IMG/VR virus record: IMGVR_UViG_3300048861_000023
Coordinates: 1 to 31,011 of that record
DNA: 31,011 nucleotides
Reading direction: 5' to 3' (one strand)
From: a virus
Lineage: Duplodnaviria > Caudoviricetes
A program made the position numbers and the translations under genes. The number at the start of each line of letters is the position of its first letter. The stretch's first letter is position 1. Under the pieces are notes generated by a model. It was not told where the DNA came from and searched no databases. It saw only the letters and a list, made by a program, of their open reading frames with translations. Positions 28,046-31,011 of the stretch are shown here, piece after piece.

Positions 28046-28098
28046 CGATACGGCGCCGCGCGAGCTACGCGGTATTCGGATGCCTCCTAGCCGTATCG
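28046..28098 (-). ncRNA. c4-antisense-like three-way-junction RNA upstream of HNH-AP2
   Basis: P1 CGATACGGC/GCCGTATCG, P2 GGA-GGCA-TCC (GRYA loop), P3 CCGCG-TAGCTCG-CGCGG; P3 loop is complementary to downstream CGAGC and GAGC next to the RBS. Confidence 0.6.
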
Positions 28099-28101
28099 GT
28101 A

Positions 28102-28135
28102 AAATTAGCACAACTATTTTACAGTAAATTCAACA
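28102..28135 (-). promoter_or_regulatory. Putative extended -10 promoter for the c4-like RNA/HNH-AP2 cassette
   Basis: AT-rich island; minus strand TGcTAATTT a few nt upstream of P1. Confidence 0.4.
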
Positions 28136-28415
28136 ACATAGATGAAAGCTACTTTGTCGCAGACCGCGTGACCCGCAGGTGGCTATCGCCAGGCGCGTCG
28201 CTAATTTCACCTTCACTGAGCCAATCCCAACCCGTTCGCCGCATTGGGCGCGATTACCGGCTCTGGCCGCTGTCTGGATTGGTTGAGTGAAGATGCTCTC
28301 GGGCCACAAGCTCAGCGATTAAGCTGACTCGTGATGCCCGCGAGATACAAATAGGCGCTTCCGTCGCCCGTCTACTTCATCCAGTCCGACACTGGCTGAC
28401 GGCGGAAGCAGGGGA

Positions 28416-28697
28416 TCATTCTTCCCACTCGGGCAATTCAAGTGTCTTGCCGGCGAACGGATGTGTGCTATCGCCACAGAACTCGATTTTCCCTTCCGTC
28501 ACAAACGAGTGGCAAACCTTGGGCTGATCGAATTCGGTCCAATGCACCGCGATAGATGGGCGGAACGTGGGAGCCGCAGGCGCGCCGTTATACGTCCAAT
28601 GCGGACGTCCAAGCGTATTCAGATAAACAATGTGCAACTGGCCGCACCCCGGGCAATCAAACAGAGCATCGCCGCCGTCGGTCAGTTGAATCTTCAT
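28416..28697 (-). CDS. DUF6527-like small Zn-binding protein
   Basis: FDCPGCGQLH, WTYNG...PTFRPSI, CHSFVTEGKIEFCGDSTH; ATG at 28697. Confidence 0.8.
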   Translation of the reverse strand: MKIQLTDGGDALFDCPGCGQLHIVYLNTLGRPHWTYNGAPAAPTFRPSIAVHWTEFDQPKVCHSFVTEGKIEFCGDSTHPFAGKTLELPEWEE

Positions 28698-29176
28698 CGC
28701 CCATCTCAAAAGATGTAATCTTCCGGCTTGCAGCACGACTTCCCGTCCACTAACTCTCTTGCACACCACCAGCATCGAGTCGCCCGGAGACGTCGATCAA
28801 CCAGTCGGCCCATCGGGTGAGTGCGTTTGCGCATGCAAGGTGGTAGGCAATGGAGCCGCAGATACCAAAGGTGAGCGCTTCCAGGAGGTCGCTCACGATA
28901 GCGCCAGCCTTCGCAGCCATTCGGCTTCACTCGGCCTCTGGCGCGCACACGAAACCCGGCGCGTCTTGGCTCTCGGCCACTTGCTAGGCGGCGTTACATC
29001 GCCACGCGGGAAAGCTGCCAGGGCATCGACAAGGCGCATATAGGTGTTTTGCGTGCTTTTTCGCATCAGCGTTTCTGTGTTAAAGCACTCTCAGGTCGTA
29101 ACGACTGGACGGGCTGGCGCTTCACAGCGAGCAGCACACACAAGGAGGAGGGCCAATCGTTACGCCTGAGAACGCT

Positions 29177-29422
29177 TCACTTGATAAATAAGGATTCCGC
29201 TGCCTTGCGGGCTTCGCTCCATCCCTTATCGGCAGCTTCGTCAGCCAGAAATTCCTCAAGCGTCTTCGTCATCCGGCGCGGCTGCTCTGGAATGGGGGAG
29301 TTGCCCCAGCTCGAACGCTCTTTTTTTGAGACTATCTGGCGCGATCCCTCGGCACGACTCCTCTCGAGATTCGCTAGCGGGTCGCCGCCGAACGAACCTT
29401 GGAATGTGATCGAGCGGGCCAT
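29177..29422 (-). CDS. Hypothetical phage protein (81 aa), first gene after the late leader terminator
   Basis: MARSITFQGSFGGDPLANLERSRAEG...; ATG immediately after a terminator. Confidence 0.55.
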   Translation of the reverse strand: MARSITFQGSFGGDPLANLERSRAEGSRQIVSKKERSSWGNSPIPEQPRRMTKTLEEFLADEAADKGWSEARKAAESLFIK

Positions 29423-29439
29423 GGCGAACCTGGAAATGC

Positions 29440-29465
29440 AAAAAGCCACCGGGTTAGGGTGGCTT
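29440..29465 (-). terminator. tR'-like terminator downstream of the late promoter
   Basis: Minus strand AAGCCACC ctaaccc GGTGGCTTTTT. Confidence 0.75.
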
Positions 29466-29608
29466 ATCTGGAAATTTTGAAGACGACTATCCCCTGATGG
29501 GATTTCGCCTTGTATATCAACCGGGCGGCTTGTTCCAGCATGTACGCGGCAACTACCGCGCATTGATGTCCGGGGCCTGCGATCGGTTATGTAATTGTGG
29601 CAAAACGG

Positions 29609-29637
29609 ACTATACCGAATATTTTTCGGGTTTACAA
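29609..29637 (-). promoter_or_regulatory. pR'-like sigma70 late promoter
   Basis: TTGTAA-17 nt-TATAGT; a -10-like CACAAT at 29594-29599 may be a sigma-dependent pause element. Confidence 0.75.
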
Positions 29638-30215
29638 CTAATTTCTCGCGGCGTGTAGCCATTATTCTCAACCATGTCGGGCCAGTGCCTATTCGACTTC
29701 GAGCAGTTTTCGTCTCCGGGGATCACTCGTAGGTTCGCCTCGCAGTGGAATCCATACACTAGGCGCTCCCCCTTGAACGGGCCGATCTTTGCCCGCGGAC
29801 CAAGTAAAGGGACCATGTGATCGACATGATGGGGCTTACCGGTCAACCGCGTTAGCCGCTCCGCCTCATCATAGAACTCGGCGATCTTCCGCTGGCTTGC
29901 CCATGGCGGCGTCGCTCTGATGATCGCGGCCTGACGCTCCCTGCCTTGTTCGCGCAACTTTTCTAGCATTCGCTCCAGGCTGTATTCCGCCTTCCATGCA
30001 TCAACTACTTCCGCGTTCTCAGCCCACCATTTATCCGACTCGGCTATCGACTCAGCCCTGTATTGAATGCCGCGAGCGTATTCCTCGAACTCTTTGTCGC
30101 ACTCGTAACAGCAATCACTCTTCTCCTTGAGATTCTTGGACCACCTTGGATTGAATTGCTCAATCGGAAGTGTATGCTGGCACATGGCGCATTTCAGCCT
30201 CTTTTCCGGCGCCAT
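29610..30215 (-). CDS. HNH endonuclease with N-terminal Cys motif
   Basis: CAMC...CYEC; ATPPWA...HHVDHMVPL...GFHCEANLRVIP..ENCSKSN. Confidence 0.8.
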   Translation of the reverse strand: MAPEKRLKCAMCQHTLPIEQFNPRWSKNLKEKSDCCYECDKEFEEYARGIQYRAESIAESDKWWAENAEVVDAWKAEYSLERMLEKLREQGRERQAAIIRATPPWASQRKIAEFYDEAERLTRLTGKPHHVDHMVPLLGPRAKIGPFKGERLVYGFHCEANLRVIPGDENCSKSNRHWPDMVENNGYTPREISCKPEKYSV

Positions 30216-30218
30216 AGA

Positions 30219-30725
30219 TCAGTCCGAGAGCAATCGATTGACTTTCCCAGCAGTGTCGGCCGTCGCTCTTGATAAGCATTCAACGATCTTCTGAAAGTTC
30301 CGCTGATGCTTGGGCCATGACTCGACAGGAATCCCGGAGGCAGAGGCGCGCTCATGGTCTTCCCATTTGCGCATCCCAGTTCCGCCGCACTTCGGACACT
30401 CAACCTCCACGCCGTTCCTCTGCGTGAAAACACCGGACCCGTTGCAATGCGGGTCGGCATCCACCGCCCATTCCTTGATCGCCACCTTGGCTAGCTTTCT
30501 GGCATATCCGGGCATTACCCGCAGACGAGTCGCCCCTTCTTTCGCCAAGAGAACCAATGCGCGCTGATATGCTCCTGTGTCGTTGCAATATTTGACGCGG
30601 AATAGCGCGCTCCCGAGTGGATCGGACATCCCCACCGCTGTGAGCGTATCAATAGCCCTCTCGAACTCGGCGTGCCACGCGAGATTCTTAGATTGCATGG
30701 CATTTACGATCTTCTCTCGAATCAT
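30219..30725 (-). CDS. Late antitermination protein (lambda Q-like, zinc finger)
   Basis: DPHCNGSG...CPKCGGTG finger followed by a helical HTH-like region; upstream of a pR'-like promoter and terminator; ATG 30725 with GGGG RBS. Confidence 0.72.
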   Translation of the reverse strand: MIREKIVNAMQSKNLAWHAEFERAIDTLTAVGMSDPLGSALFRVKYCNDTGAYQRALVLLAKEGATRLRVMPGYARKLAKVAIKEWAVDADPHCNGSGVFTQRNGVEVECPKCGGTGMRKWEDHERASASGIPVESWPKHQRNFQKIVECLSRATADTAGKVNRLLSD

Positions 30726-30787
30726 CTTGAACCCCGCATCACACGATATAGTTAGAACTACCGAGCCGGCCACAACATCTAGCAATA

Positions 30788-30816
30788 ATTATATCTTGGA
30801 AAAGTTCGCACTACAA
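30788..30816 (-). promoter_or_regulatory. Putative sigma70 promoter upstream of the Q-like gene
   Basis: TTGTAG-17 nt-TATAAT in an AT-rich gap. Confidence 0.55.
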
Positions 30817-30848
30817 ATGAATTGAGTTGTCAATCTCCTATTTTGCGA

Positions 30849-31010
30849 TCACTCTTCGAGACCAGTCGCGCCCATGAATGAGTAGTTGACTCCGCGCTCG
30901 TCATCCGTCGCTTTCGCTTCCCATTTCACTACTGCGGGCACTTTCTCGTACGCTGCGCCTGGCGCGACATCTCTTTTCCTCCGCAACGTAGGCGCCGAGA
31001 CCCGAGGCTT
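30849..31010 (-). CDS. 3' end of a truncated hypothetical gene
   Basis: Frame is open from the window edge to TGA at 30849: KPRVSAPTLRRKRD...GATGLEE. Confidence 0.4.
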   Translation of the reverse strand, partial: KPRVSAPTLRRKRDVAPGAAYEKVPAVVKWEAKATDDERGVNYSFMGATGLEE

Positions 31011-31011
31011 A

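Larger units (their letters stand above)
1..31011 (-). mobile_element. Prophage/temperate myophage late region (packaging, head, contractile tail, baseplate, fibre, morons)
   Basis: Contiguous, co-oriented terS-terL-portal-head-capsid-sheath-tube-tape measure-baseplate-fibre order with overlapping start/stop codons; Q-like gene and late promoter upstream. Ends and att sites are not in the window. Confidence 0.95.

Noticed and set aside
28851-28929. tRNA-sized element ending in CCA on the minus strand
   Set aside because: It has a closing stem but no TTCRA T-loop, canonical D-arm or 7-nt anticodon loop; kept only as part of the hairpin array.
28706-29043. ORFs 28706-28948 (-) and 28759-29043 (+)
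   Set aside because: No RBS or protein-like composition; the region is better explained by RNA structure.
28159-29171. CRISPR or mini-array
   Set aside because: No conserved direct repeat or regular spacing.

Overview
The window is the late region of a GC-rich temperate contractile-tailed (myo-type) phage or prophage, probably from a Burkholderiaceae-like host (inferred from gene style). Almost all genes run on the minus strand, right to left: Q-like antiterminator, HNH nuclease, pR'-like late promoter, a hairpin-tiled leader with small accessory genes, an HNH-AP2 cassette with a c4-like RNA, an HTH-metallophosphoesterase, terS/terL, DUF1073 portal, Mu-F/SPP1-gp7 head protein, DUF2213 protease/scaffold, decoration protein, DUF2184 major capsid, head-tail connectors, DUF3383 sheath, tube, frameshifted chaperones, tape measure with a muramidase domain, baseplate and tail fibre. 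At the left end a convergent plus-strand envelope cassette encodes a degenerate SGNH protein, an outer-membrane beta-barrel and an acyltransferase-3. The most striking observation is one 66-aa Thr/Gly/Ser-rich module inserted in five unrelated virion genes (six copies), with one copy nested inside another. Family names come from motif recognition and gene order, not database searches.
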